From Betaproteobacteria bacterium (GTDB taxonomy: Bacteria; Pseudomonadota; Gammaproteobacteria; Burkholderiales; Burkholderiaceae_C), in contig JANPHI010000342.1 of the NCBI GenBank assembly GCA_031424355.1, forward strand, positions 6,394 through 70,393: a stretch of DNA of 64,000 nucleotides, written 5' to 3'. Positions 27,531 through 37,492 of this stretch are shown here, piece after piece. The notes beneath the pieces were generated by a model. The model was given only the letters and a program-made list of their open reading frames with translations. It made no database searches and had not been told where the DNA came from. Numbering within the stretch: the stretch's first letter is position 1; each line of letters starts with the position of its first letter. A program made the position numbers and the translations under genes.

Positions 27531-29660
27531 ATGACAGCGCACCGAAGCCTACCGCCGAACTCCATCGCTCCCGCACCTCCCACGTGTGTACGCCTGCGTG
27601 CACCCTTGTTGGTCGCGGCCGCCACGTTGGCACTGACCGGCACGGCCCAGGCGCGCATCACACGCATCGTCATCGATGCCACCGAGTCCCCGGCCTACAG
27701 CGGCCAGTCCTTCGCAAGTGTCGGCACCTATGAACGGCTGCGAGGCCGTGTCTTCGGCGAACTCGACCCCGGCGACCGCCGCAACGCCGGCATCCAGGAC
27801 ATCCTGCTGGCCCCTCGCAACGCCGCCGGCCGTGTCGAATACATCGCCTCGTTCACGCTGCTCAAGCCCACCAACCTGTCGGCGGGCAACCGCGGGCTGC
27901 TGTACGACACCGTCAACCGCGGCGGCAAGAACATCTTCGCCTTCCACGTCGGTGGAGAACCCGGTGACGGCTTCTGGCAGCGCCAGGGCTACTCGATGCT
28001 GTGGAGCGGCTGGCAGGGCGATCTGACACCGGTGCCCACGGCCACCGCGCCCTTCACGGCCACCAGCGAGACGCTGAACGTGCCGGTGGCGCGCAACGCC
28101 GACGGCTCGTCCGTCACCGGCCCCTACCTCGTGCGGATTCCCGGGCCCAGCGGCAACACCTTTGCGCTGAGCATCGGCTTCGGCGGTCCCACGCGCTACG
28201 CGCCGGTCACGCTGGACACCACGCAGGCCAGCCTGGTGCGCGTGCCGCCCGAGACGATCAGCGGGCAGGCCACCGGCCCCGGCACGCCCATCGCATCGGG
28301 CGACTGGGCCTTCGCCGACTGCCGCACCGTGCCCTTCCCGGGAACGCCCGACCCTGCGCGCATCTGCGTGCGCAACGGCTTCGACAACACGCAGGTCTAC
28401 AACCTGACCTACATCGCGAAGGACCCCTTCGTGCTGGGCATCGGCCTGGCGGCCATCCGCGACATCAACGCCTTCTTCAAGTTCAGCACCCAGGACGACT
28501 TCGGTACACCCAACCCTCTGCGCGGCAACGTGGACTACGCCATCGCGCACGGCCAGTCGCAGTCGGGCAACACCGTCAAGACCTTCATCCATCTTGGCTT
28601 CAACGAGGACGAATCCGGCCGACGCGTGCTGGACGGCGCGGTGCCCAACATCGCGGCGCGGCAGAACCCGATCAACTTCCGCTTCGCGGTGCCCGGTGGC
28701 GCGGGCACGCTGTACGAACCCGGCAGCGAACCCGTGCTGTGGTGGGAGAACTGGCCCGACACCGTGCGTGGCCGGCCCGCTGCCGGCCTGCTGGACCGCT
28801 GCCGCAGCACCGACACCTGCCCGAAGATCTTCGAAACCAACGGCTCGGCGGAGTTCTGGGGTTTGCGGCTGTCGCCCGGCTATGTGAGCACGGCCGCCAA
28901 CGTCGACATCCCGCTGCCGGCCAATGTGCGCCGCTACTACATGCCGGGCACCACCCACGGCGGCGGCGGTGGCGGCTTCAACGAGATCCCGGCCGGGTCC
29001 ACCGGCACCTGCAAGCTGGCCGGCAACCCGAACCCATCGCGCGAGACCATGCGGGCGCTGTACGTCACGCTGCGGCAGTGGGTGGCTGCTGGCACGCCGC
29101 CGCTACCCAGCCGCTACCCGCAGGTTGCGCGTGGCACGATGGTCGCGCCGAACAAGGCAGCGATGGGCTTCCCCGAGATCCCCGGCGCGCCCGATCCGGC
29201 CGGCCTCTTGCTGCCATTCCTGGACTACGACTACGGTCCCAGCCTGAATTACAACGACCTCACCGGCGTGTTCACCCAGTTGCCCCCGGTGATTCGTCAG
29301 GTGGTGCCCTCGCTGGTGCCGAAGACCGACATCGACGGCAACGAGACAGACGGCATCAAGTCGGCCCTGCTGATGGCGCCAGTGGGCTCCTACCTGGGCT
29401 GGAACGAACAGCGCACCGGCGTCACGGCCGGCCAGAACTGCGGCTTCAGCGGCGGCTTCATTCCCTTCGCCCGCACGGCGGCCCAGCGCGCCGTCACCGG
29501 CGACCCGCGGCGGTCGATCGAAGAGCGTTATCGCACCCACGCGGGCTATGTCGCCACCGTCAAGGCGGCCGTCGGCAAGCTGGTCAAGGAACGGCTGCTG
29601 CTGCCGGAGGACGCCGAACGCCTGCTCCTTGAAGCCGAAGCCGGCAATGTCCTGAAGTGA
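27531..29660 (+). CDS. Large secreted alpha/beta-hydrolase-domain protein
   Basis: Signal peptide ending AQA; YERLRG..GELDP, VNRGGK, WSGWQGD, HGQSQSG elbow, YYMPGTTH, DPRRSIEERY; AGGAG RBS. Confidence 0.8.
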   Translation: MTAHRSLPPNSIAPAPPTCVRLRAPLLVAAATLALTGTAQARITRIVIDATESPAYSGQSFASVGTYERLRGRVFGELDPGDRRNAGIQDILLAPRNAAGRVEYIASFTLLKPTNLSAGNRGLLYDTVNRGGKNIFAFHVGGEPGDGFWQRQGYSMLWSGWQGDLTPVPTATAPFTATSETLNVPVARNADGSSVTGPYLVRIPGPSGNTFALSIGFGGPTRYAPVTLDTTQASLVRVPPETISGQATGPGTPIASGDWAFADCRTVPFPGTPDPARICVRNGFDNTQVYNLTYIAKDPFVLGIGLAAIRDINAFFKFSTQDDFGTPNPLRGNVDYAIAHGQSQSGNTVKTFIHLGFNEDESGRRVLDGAVPNIAARQNPINFRFAVPGGAGTLYEPGSEPVLWWENWPDTVRGRPAAGLLDRCRSTDTCPKIFETNGSAEFWGLRLSPGYVSTAANVDIPLPANVRRYYMPGTTHGGGGGGFNEIPAGSTGTCKLAGNPNPSRETMRALYVTLRQWVAAGTPPLPSRYPQVARGTMVAPNKAAMGFPEIPGAPDPAGLLLPFLDYDYGPSLNYNDLTGVFTQLPPVIRQVVPSLVPKTDIDGNETDGIKSALLMAPVGSYLGWNEQRTGVTAGQNCGFSGGFIPFARTAAQRAVTGDPRRSIEERYRTHAGYVATVKAAVGKLVKERLLLPEDAERLLLEAEAGNVLK

Positions 29661-29677
29661 ACGCGGAGAACCCTCTC

Positions 29678-30283
29678 ATGATCCAGACCACCACCACCCA
29701 TCTCCGCGCTCTGCTGAGCGCACTGGCCCTTGGCGTCGCGTCCATCGGGACAGCGAACGCCGTCTCCATCGGCTACGAAGGCACCATCGCGCCAGGTGTG
29801 CCCGTGACCGGTTCGGTCAGCGGCGACGGCTGGCTCACCGAGACCGCCGCCGGTGTCGACTTCTGGCGCTTCAGCGGTATTGCCGGCTACACGCTGGGCC
29901 TGCAGGCCACGCGGTTGAACGCGGGCCTGGACCCGGTGCTGACGCTGTATTTCGGCACCACCACGGCCGACGCATCGCTGTTCATCCACGATGCCGACTG
30001 GGGAGGGCTCGTCTACCTGGCCCTGGCCGACGACGAGACCGCGGTGCCATCCGGCCCCGGCGGCGACCCGGCGTTGACCGGTTATGTGCTGCCGTACACC
30101 GGCAACTACACCATCGCCATCGGTGGCTTCAACAGCACGGCAGCCGGGCCCTACAGCTACAGCATGCAGCTGTCGGCCGTCCCCGAGCCCGCAACGCTGG
30201 CGCTGTGGGCAGCCGGCCTGGGTGGCATGGCGTGGGTCGGGCGGCGACGCCAGCGCGCGCGCAGCGGGCGCGCCGATGCTTGA
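29678..30283 (+). CDS. PEP-CTERM protein with PPC/DVUA0089-like domain
   Basis: Signal peptide; DPVLTLY..ADD..LPYTGNYTIAI; VPEPATLALW-TM-RRR. Confidence 0.88.
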   Translation: MIQTTTTHLRALLSALALGVASIGTANAVSIGYEGTIAPGVPVTGSVSGDGWLTETAAGVDFWRFSGIAGYTLGLQATRLNAGLDPVLTLYFGTTTADASLFIHDADWGGLVYLALADDETAVPSGPGGDPALTGYVLPYTGNYTIAIGGFNSTAAGPYSYSMQLSAVPEPATLALWAAGLGGMAWVGRRRQRARSGRADA

Positions 30284-31652
30284 CGCGGTGCCTGGCGGCT
30301 CAACGAGTGCCCCCCTGCTGCGCGTGGGTTGCGCAGCGGGTTTCTCGGGTGACCGCACGGACGCCGCGGGACCGGTGGTCGACGCGCTGATCGCCAGCGG
30401 CGGCCCCGCCGTGCTGATCTTCGAAACGCTGGCCGAGCGCACCCTGGCGCTGGCGCAACTGGCGCGGCGGTCCAACCCCGCAGGCGGCTACGAGCCCCTG
30501 CTCGACGACCTGCTGCGCCCGGTGCTGGCGCGCTGCCTGGGCGCTGGCGTGCGCATCGTCAGCAACTTCGGGGCGGCCAACCCGGTGGGCGCGGCGCGCC
30601 GCATTGCTGCGCTGGCGGCTGAACTGGGCCTGCGGCCGCCGCGCATCGCGGTGGTCGAGGGCGACGATCTCAGCGGCCCGGCGCATCGGCCGCTGCTGGG
30701 GGCCCACACCGAAGGCCTGGCGGTGGTGTCGGCCAATGCCTACCTCGGCGCCGAGGCCATCGCCGATGCCTTGCTGGACGGTGCGGACATCGTCGTCTGC
30801 GGGCGCGTGGCCGACCCGTCACTGGTCGTCGGGCCGGCACTGGCCCACTTCGGCTGGGCGCGCGACGACTGGGACCGCCTGGCGCGGGCGACGATGGCGG
30901 GCCACCTGCTGGAATGCGGGTCGCAGGTCAGCGGCGGCTACTACGCCGACCCCGGCGTGAAAGACGTGCCCGACCTGGCGCGCGTGGGCTATCCCATCGC
31001 GGAAATCGATGCCGACGGCCACTGCACCATCACCAAGCCAGCCGGCACTGGCGGCCGCATCGACGCGCACACCGTCAAGGAGCAGCTGCTGTACGAAGTG
31101 CACGATCCTCAGGCTTACCTGACGCCTGACGTCGTGGCCGACATCGGGCTGGCCGTGCTGACCGAACTGGGCCCCGACCGCGTGCGCTTGACCGGCGTGC
31201 GCGGCCACCCGCGGCCGGCGTCCCTGAAAGTGAACATTTGCCACGAGACCGGCTGGCTGGCCGAAGGTGAGATCTCTTACGCCGGCGTGCGCGCCGAAGC
31301 CCGCGCTCGGCTGGCCGCCGATGTGCTGCGGGAAAGACTGCGCGACGTTGCGCCGCTGCGCGCCGACCTGATCGGCGTGGCCAGCGTCTTCGGCGACGAT
31401 GCAGGACGCTGGCTGGACCTGCAGCCCGCCGGCGTTGCCCGCGACGTGCGCCTGCGCGTGGCGCTGAAGCACACCGACCGCCGGCAGGCCGAGCGGCTGG
31501 TGCGCGAAGTCACGGCACTGTATTGCTGCGGCCCGGCCGGCGGCGGTGGCGTGCGCACCGCACTGCGGCCGCGGCTGGGCACCGTATCCTGCCTGGTTCC
31601 GCGCGAAGCTGTGCCGGCGCGCTACCGCTTCATCGACGGGGCGGTGGGATGA
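30276..31652 (+). CDS. AtuA-family (acyclic terpene utilisation, DUF1446) protein
   Basis: RVGCAAGFSGDR, FETLAERTLA, NFGAANP, ANAYLGA, GRVADPS, GHLLECG, KEQLLYEVHDP, GPAGGGG. Confidence 0.9.
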   Translation: MLDAVPGGSTSAPLLRVGCAAGFSGDRTDAAGPVVDALIASGGPAVLIFETLAERTLALAQLARRSNPAGGYEPLLDDLLRPVLARCLGAGVRIVSNFGAANPVGAARRIAALAAELGLRPPRIAVVEGDDLSGPAHRPLLGAHTEGLAVVSANAYLGAEAIADALLDGADIVVCGRVADPSLVVGPALAHFGWARDDWDRLARATMAGHLLECGSQVSGGYYADPGVKDVPDLARVGYPIAEIDADGHCTITKPAGTGGRIDAHTVKEQLLYEVHDPQAYLTPDVVADIGLAVLTELGPDRVRLTGVRGHPRPASLKVNICHETGWLAEGEISYAGVRAEARARLAADVLRERLRDVAPLRADLIGVASVFGDDAGRWLDLQPAGVARDVRLRVALKHTDRRQAERLVREVTALYCCGPAGGGGVRTALRPRLGTVSCLVPREAVPARYRFIDGAVG

Positions 31653-32044
31653 GCGCCCCGCTGACCGCGTCACTGACCACCGCGCTGCACCGCGCCGCGC
31701 ACAGTCGCTCGGGCGACAAGGGCGACCGTTCGAACATCAGCGTCATCGCCTGGCACCCGGCGCTGTGGCCCCTGCTGGTCGAGCAGGTGACCGAAGCCGC
31801 TGTCGCGCGCCAGTTCGCGCACCGTCGGCCCACCAGCGTGCGACGCTACTTGCTGCCGCAACTGCACGCGATGAACTTCGTGCTGGACGGCGTGCTGGAC
31901 GGTGGTGTCAACGACGCGCTCAATTTGGACACCCATGGCAAGGCACTGTCCTACCTGTTGCTCGACCTGCCGCTGGTGGTACCTGCCGAACTGGTGATGC
32001 ATCTCGTGGGTGCCGACGACGCCGGCAGCACCGGCCCAGCCTGA
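31649..32044 (+). CDS. AtuA-related small protein
   Basis: AHSRSGDKGDRSNI...LNLDTHGK; ATGA overlap with the upstream gene. Confidence 0.88.
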   Translation: MSAPLTASLTTALHRAAHSRSGDKGDRSNISVIAWHPALWPLLVEQVTEAAVARQFAHRRPTSVRRYLLPQLHAMNFVLDGVLDGGVNDALNLDTHGKALSYLLLDLPLVVPAELVMHLVGADDAGSTGPA

Positions 32045-32108
32045 TCCGAATTCTTCTCAACTTTCCACCCCTATAGAAGCCCAAAAGGGCACCCCCTGGA
32101 GACATCCC

Positions 32109-33095
32109 ATGCAAATCCACCATCACGCCCGTCGTCATCTGCTTTCCCTGGCCAGTGCCACCGTCATGGCCGCGCTGCTGCCACTGGCCGCACAGGCGCA
32201 GGCCTGGCCGGCCAAGCCCGTCACCTTCCTGGTGCCCTTCGCCGCCGGCAGCGCCACCGACCAGCTCGCGCGTGCCCTGGGCCAGTCCATCACCGAGCAG
32301 ACCAAGCAGGCCGTGGTCGTCGACAACAAGGCGGGCGCCAGCGGCATGATGGCCGCGCAGGCCGCCGCACGCGCCGCGCCTGACGGCTACACGGTGCTGA
32401 TTACCACCAACACCACGCACGCCGCCAACGAGCACCTGTACAAGAAGCTGCCCTACGACCCGGTAAAGGACTTCGCGCCCGTCACCGGCCTGGGCAAGGG
32501 CGGGCAGGTGCTGGTTATCAACGTCAGCGCGCCCTACCGCAGCGTGGCCGATCTGCTGGCGGCGGCGAAGAAGAACCCCGGCAAGCTCAGTTTCGGCAGC
32601 GGCAGTTCCAGCAGCCGCGTGGCCGGCGAGATGTTCAAGCAGCTGTCGGGGACCGACATCCTGCATGTGCCTTACAAGAGCAACCCGCTGGCCATCACGG
32701 ACCTGCTCGGTGGCCAAATTGATCTGATGATCACCGACACCTCTACCGGGGTGCCACAGGTCAAGGCGGGCAAACTGCGCGCCTTGGGCTATTCCACGCA
32801 AAAGCGCAGCAGCCAGCTGCCCGATGTGCCGACCTTGGACGAGGCGGGCGTGAAAGGCTACGACATGGGCTACTGGTTCGCCGCCTATGTGCCCCGTGGC
32901 ACCCCGGCACCGGTGGTGGCGCGGTTGAACGAACTGCTCCACGCCGGCGTCAAAAGCGCGGCAGCCAAGGCCTTCTTCGAAACAGCCGGCTCCGAGCCAT
33001 GGACCACCACGCCAGACGAACTGGCAAGATTCCAGGCCACTGAGACCACGAAGTGGGGCCGGGTGATCAAGGCAGCGGGCATTGATCCGGAGTGA
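32109..33095 (+). CDS. Bug/TctC substrate-binding protein
   Basis: WPAKPVTFLVPFAAGSATD, DNKAGASG, YDPVKDF, HVPYK. Confidence 0.93.
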   Translation: MQIHHHARRHLLSLASATVMAALLPLAAQAQAWPAKPVTFLVPFAAGSATDQLARALGQSITEQTKQAVVVDNKAGASGMMAAQAAARAAPDGYTVLITTNTTHAANEHLYKKLPYDPVKDFAPVTGLGKGGQVLVINVSAPYRSVADLLAAAKKNPGKLSFGSGSSSSRVAGEMFKQLSGTDILHVPYKSNPLAITDLLGGQIDLMITDTSTGVPQVKAGKLRALGYSTQKRSSQLPDVPTLDEAGVKGYDMGYWFAAYVPRGTPAPVVARLNELLHAGVKSAAAKAFFETAGSEPWTTTPDELARFQATETTKWGRVIKAAGIDPE

Positions 33096-33824
33096 AGCAC
33101 TGGCACGCCGCGCTTGCCTGGCGCTTCGATAGTTATTCGCCTGCGTGAACCGCTGGTTTGGTGGCAACTCGGGGAGCTTGGCGTCTGGTTCGACCGTCCG
33201 CTCCGGGACTGCGAATTTAGGGCAGCGAATCTCGGCTCAGGGTCGGCAGTGACCCGTCGCGGTCAACGGAAGCTGTCGCTGGTCAACTCACCCGGATGAC
33301 CGAGACCAGGTCGCCGTCTGTTCGTGACCGTCCGGCAGGTCTTGAGGTACACCGGTCTCTCGGCTGTACGACCAACGAACGTCAGGTATCGGCGACCGCA
33401 GCCATTCGCCGGCGAACCCTGACCGGCTGCAACAGTCTTCAGCGGCCACAGCGACTCCAGACTCTCCCGCTCGGTGGCTGCTCCAACATCGACAGACCCA
33501 TGACGACATCGAGCCAGCCCGTAATTCCGGTGAGGCGACCGGACCACACGCTCATGTGTGGCCCAATACCGTTGGATGTCGTTGCATGCCACGGAGAGCC
33601 TGGTGTTTCAGGCACAACTCATACCGTCGGCACCGCTCCGGTCCCCCGGGCTCACTGGCGGCATTTGATGGCAGCGATGCACCAGTGCGCGCCGTTGCAT
33701 CGCGCTCCGCCTTACCACCGCGGCGGTCTTCGGGATAGCGCATCCATGGCCAACATCAAGCGCGGCTTGGGGCCAGAGTCGGCTAGCGGGCTGACGAAGG
33801 TGTCGGACCAACGCCGCCCTGCGC

Positions 33825-34931
33825 TCAACCACGTCGCTGACGGATCCGCCAGCCGATACAGGCCATGCCCAGAGCGCAGAGCATGGCGACCGAAGGCTCA
33901 GGCACCGGGCTGGCGAACACCGCCAGGCTGGTACCGACGAAACGCGCCGCGCCGATGCCGTTGACGACACTGCCGACATGCGTCAGCGGGTCTTCCATGG
34001 CCAGGGTCGTGGACCCGCCGCCATCGAGGTTGAGCAGGCTGTCGACGCCAAAGCCGCCGGCCAGCAGGTAGTCGACTTCCTCGGACACCGTCATGCCGTT
34101 GCTGCCGCCGGCGGCGTCCACGGTGAAGATGAAGAGGGTCTTGTTATCGGCGCTCAAGCCCATGGCAGTGCGGGCGGCGATCTGGTCGGTGTACCAGTTG
34201 CCCAGGGGCGCACCGCTGAACGGCGGCACAGTCTTGGCCAGGACCTGGTGGGGGCCGGTGACCGTGGCCACGACGGCCGGCAGCGACTTCGCACCGCTGA
34301 TGATGACCTGATCGCTGCCTGAGACGGTGTTGTAGGCCACCACGCCGCCCGCCAGCGAGGTCTGCGTCGCGCCCACGTTGACGATGCGGGCCTCGTTGCT
34401 GGCACTGATGTTCAGACCGGGCGCATCGGCTGTCAGCGCATAGGGCAGCAGCGTGTTGGCCAGCGGCGCCGCCTCGAAGGCGGAGAACACCGTGCCGTTC
34501 GAAGCGGCGAAGCCTGTCAACGTGGTGTTGACTGCTGCATTCGTCGTGAAGTTGAAGAAGTGAGCGTTGACCGCCAGTTGCGCCCGCTCCTGCGTCATAT
34601 AGGACAGGGTCGTCTGCGTCAGGGTTTCGCCAGCGGCGGCGCCGTTGTCGGGCGACAGCTTGAAACCGATGCCCGGCGCGGTCAAGTCAATCTTGACCAG
34701 GTTGATCTTCGCGACATGGCTGCCCAGGCCGGCGCCTGGGGTCTGGTCGAGGGGCGCCGACAGGCTGAGCGTGTCGGTGATGCGCGTGATGCCCAGGTAG
34801 GGTTGGGTGACGGTCTGTGCGGCGCCTGCAGCGCTGGCCGCCGCCATCACCACGGCGGCAATCACCAGGTGGTGGCGAAGGCGCCCGGTTGCGGAAACCG
34901 GACGGTGGTGGTCATGCACATGCAGCTTCAT
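33825..34931 (-). CDS. Phosphodiester glycosidase (NAGPA/DUF2233-like) domain protein with PEP-CTERM anchor
   Basis: AVNAHFF, ARTAMG, TVD..G..GMT, NLDGGGST; VPEPSVAML-TM-RQRR. Confidence 0.85.
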   Translation of the reverse strand: MKLHVHDHHRPVSATGRLRHHLVIAAVVMAAASAAGAAQTVTQPYLGITRITDTLSLSAPLDQTPGAGLGSHVAKINLVKIDLTAPGIGFKLSPDNGAAAGETLTQTTLSYMTQERAQLAVNAHFFNFTTNAAVNTTLTGFAASNGTVFSAFEAAPLANTLLPYALTADAPGLNISASNEARIVNVGATQTSLAGGVVAYNTVSGSDQVIISGAKSLPAVVATVTGPHQVLAKTVPPFSGAPLGNWYTDQIAARTAMGLSADNKTLFIFTVDAAGGSNGMTVSEEVDYLLAGGFGVDSLLNLDGGGSTTLAMEDPLTHVGSVVNGIGAARFVGTSLAVFASPVPEPSVAMLCALGMACIGWRIRQRRG

Positions 34932-35026
34932 CAGGCATCCTTCGGCGTTGGCGGGCTGGAACAAGAAGTCGTGGACGCAGGCTTCAAGGTCGACCTGCGG
35001 TGGCGACCGGACCATAGCCCGGCCAA

Positions 35027-35044
35027 GTGACAGCGCCGTGATGG
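35027..35044 (-). promoter_or_regulatory. Pho-box-like element upstream of the NAGPA-like gene
   Basis: Minus strand CCATCAC-GGCG-CTGTCAC (7-4-7, compared with CTGTCAT-N4-CTGTCAY). Confidence 0.4.
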
Positions 35045-35100
35045 TCACCACGCCAACAGGCTCCGTGGCGCCGCGAAACCGCAGGCCCTCGACGGCGCCG

Positions 35101-35129
35101 CCTTCACGGCCTTGACACGAGACCTTCAC
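35101..35129 (+). promoter_or_regulatory. Pho-box-like triple 11-bp repeat upstream of the olsB-like gene
   Basis: CCTTCAC-GGCC-TTGACAC-GAGA-CCTTCAC. Confidence 0.4.
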
Positions 35130-35138
35130 GCCCAGGAC

Positions 35139-35987
35139 ATGCTCCGCGCCGACGATTGCAGCATGGACGTACTGGCCTCGCTTTCACCGACCCGCCGGCT
35201 CGAAGTTCCACCGACCGCGTGCCCCGAAGTCCGCCTGCAGGCGGTTTGGGCCAGACAGGCCGACGAGGTGCGCGAAGCGCAGCAGCTGCGCCATCGCGTC
35301 TTCGCCGACGAAATGGGCGCGCTGCTGAATTCCCTGCCAGGCACACCGCCCGGTCTGGATGTGGACGCCTTCGACGCCCACTGCGAACACCTATTGGTGC
35401 GCACGCTGGGAAACGATGACGCGCCCTCACGCGTCGTCGGCACCTACCGGGTGCTGACGCCGGCCGCCGCGCGGCACGCCGGTGGTCTGTACAGCGAGCG
35501 TGAATTCGAATTGACCGGCATCGACGCGCTGCGCCCCCGCATAGTCGAGCTCGGCCGCTCCTGCACCGACGCGGATTTCCGCACTGGCGGCGTGATCCTG
35601 ATGCTGTGGGCCGCCCTGGCTGCCTTCATGCTGCGCAACGGACTGGACATCACCGTGGGCTGCGCCAGTGTCACGATGCACGACGGTGGCCACACTGCCG
35701 CCAGCCTGTGGAACAAGCTGCGCGCGCAGTACCTGGCCGGCCCCGAACTGGTTGCGACGCCACGGCTTCCATTGCCCATTGCGCAGTTGCGCGGCAACCT
35801 GGACGTGGAGCCGCCGGCGCTGATCAAGGGCTATCTGCGCTGTGGCGGCAAGCTGCTGGGCCCACCCGCCTGGGACCCGGAGTTCCAGACAGCCGACCTG
35901 CCGATGATGATGAACCTGGCTCAGTTGCCGGATTCCTACCGGCGCCGGTTCGTTGGTGGCTCTGGCCGCGCAGACGCAGCGGTTTAA
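35139..35987 (+). CDS. olsB: GNAT N-acyltransferase, ornithine-lipid OlsB-like
   Basis: AQQLRHRVFADEMGA, DAFDAHCEHL, VVGTYR, ELGRSC, GCAS, PALIKGYLRCG, DPEFQTAD. Start uncertain (35139 or 35163). Confidence 0.75.
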   Translation: MLRADDCSMDVLASLSPTRRLEVPPTACPEVRLQAVWARQADEVREAQQLRHRVFADEMGALLNSLPGTPPGLDVDAFDAHCEHLLVRTLGNDDAPSRVVGTYRVLTPAAARHAGGLYSEREFELTGIDALRPRIVELGRSCTDADFRTGGVILMLWAALAAFMLRNGLDITVGCASVTMHDGGHTAASLWNKLRAQYLAGPELVATPRLPLPIAQLRGNLDVEPPALIKGYLRCGGKLLGPPAWDPEFQTADLPMMMNLAQLPDSYRRRFVGGSGRADAAV

Positions 35988-36286
35988 CCACAGTCCAGCA
36001 GCAGGGTGAGGCAGTTCCCCTGAACGCCCGTCGCACACCGCAGTTCACGCGCAAAACGCCGCATCAGGCCCAGACCCTGTCCGCCCGGTGTGGCCCGTTC
36101 CAGAGAAGTCGGTGGGGCACGCAATGCCTGATCGTGGGAATCGAAGGGCTCGTCTTCGTCCAGCACCTTCAAGTCGATGGCCGCTGGCTGCAATCTGTTC
36201 TGGAACGAGGCCGAGCGAACCCAGCCGACGCGGGCGCCGTGCATGACCAGGTTCATCAAGGCCTCTTCCAGCAGCGGCAGCAGCAA
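35984..36286 (-). pseudogene. Degenerate RsbW-like anti-sigma/HATPase_c fragment
   Basis: LEEALMNLVMHG (N-box), D..PFD, PGGQGLGLMRRFA, GNCLTL; N-terminus appears truncated. Confidence 0.6.
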
Positions 36287-36699
36287 CAGTTTCAGGAAGA
36301 GCAGATGCAGAACCAGGCACCTGATCTGGCAGACACGTCGCCCATGCAGAACGGAGCCCCGCTTGCGTACCCCCGAAGACAGCGCTGAGCTTGCGTGGAC
36401 GCGCTACACCCCTTCAGCAAACCACGGCGCGAACGTGTGGGTCGAGCCCGGCGCACCCGGCCGCGTCGTCACCCCGGGCATGACGGTGAACGGCCGGACG
36501 CGCCCGAGCATGGCGCGCAGAACCTGGACCTGTTCCACGCCCGGCGCTTTGCAGCCTTGCCTGCCTGCAGGGTGACCAGGCATGCCGCGTCCGACCACAC
36601 TGTGGTTCTGCACCTGAAGCGAAAACGCGAGATCGATGCCACGCTGTTGACCGACATCTTCGACGTCGACCCTGCGTTGCTGCACCGGCGCCACCGCCT

Positions 36700-37470
36700 T
36701 CACCCGTTGCCGAGCGCCGGGTTCACAAAGGCGAATTCATTGGGCACCGTCAGATTGGTGTACGAGAAGGACAGGCTGACATCCCGCGAAGCAAGCTCGT
36801 GCCACCAGCCCAGCGGCAGAAAGACCGTCTCACCGGGCTCGAGCATGGTCTCGACCACGCGCGCCTGTCTGGCGAGCGGGTAGCGCTGAAGATCGGGCCG
36901 AACCAGAATGACGCCGCGCCGGGCAGCAGGGCTGGGTCACACTTCGAGGGCAGCGAGCCGATGTCATCCAGCAGCGCACTGAATTCGGAGCTGCGCAGGA
37001 TTTCGCTGTTGGCCATCAGGTAGTGGTCGTTGGTCGGGCCACCCTCCAACACGCGGTCCGCGTAGTCGCCCAGAAGCAGCGTGTGGCGGTGCATCAACTT
37101 GTTGCCTTCGAAATGTGGGTCGGCCTCGCGGCCCATCTGTACCTCGACCTCCAGAGGGTCGAAGCGCGGCTTCAGGTCGGCCGGCGACCATCGTTGCAGA
37201 GCAGGCCAGTCGTCGACGATGCCCTGCAACACAACAGGCCGGCAGCCGGCCAGGTAGCGTTCGATGAATTCGTCGCGCACCAGGCCGCAGCGGCGTTCGA
37301 TATGGTGGTAGCCCGATTGGCCTTGCCAGAGTTGCTGCAGGTTGCCGATCACCGATTCCACCCTCACCAGCAATTGCTGTTGCCGTCGCGCTGCGACAAA
37401 GACTGGGTCGCACTCGACGTCCACGAGGGCCAACTCACTTCGAATCTCGGCTTTCCCAACCCCTAGCAGT
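36700..37470 (-). pseudogene. JmjC/cupin-8 2OG-Fe(II) oxygenase with internal deletion and frameshift
   Basis: RPVVLQGIVDDWPALQRWS...SFWFGP joins directly (about 36895) to another frame DLQRYP...LEPGETVFLPLGWWH...SFSYTN. The HxD-containing segment is missing; 5' boundary approximate. Confidence 0.8.
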
Positions 37471-37492
37471 ACGCGCCCAGGCCGGCCGTGAG

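Noticed and set aside
33100-33820. Possible transposase remnant or ncRNA in long spacers (also 14730-15190, 21780-22290, 36300-36700)
   Set aside because: No terminal inverted repeats, convincing protein motifs or RNA family signature could be supported by eye
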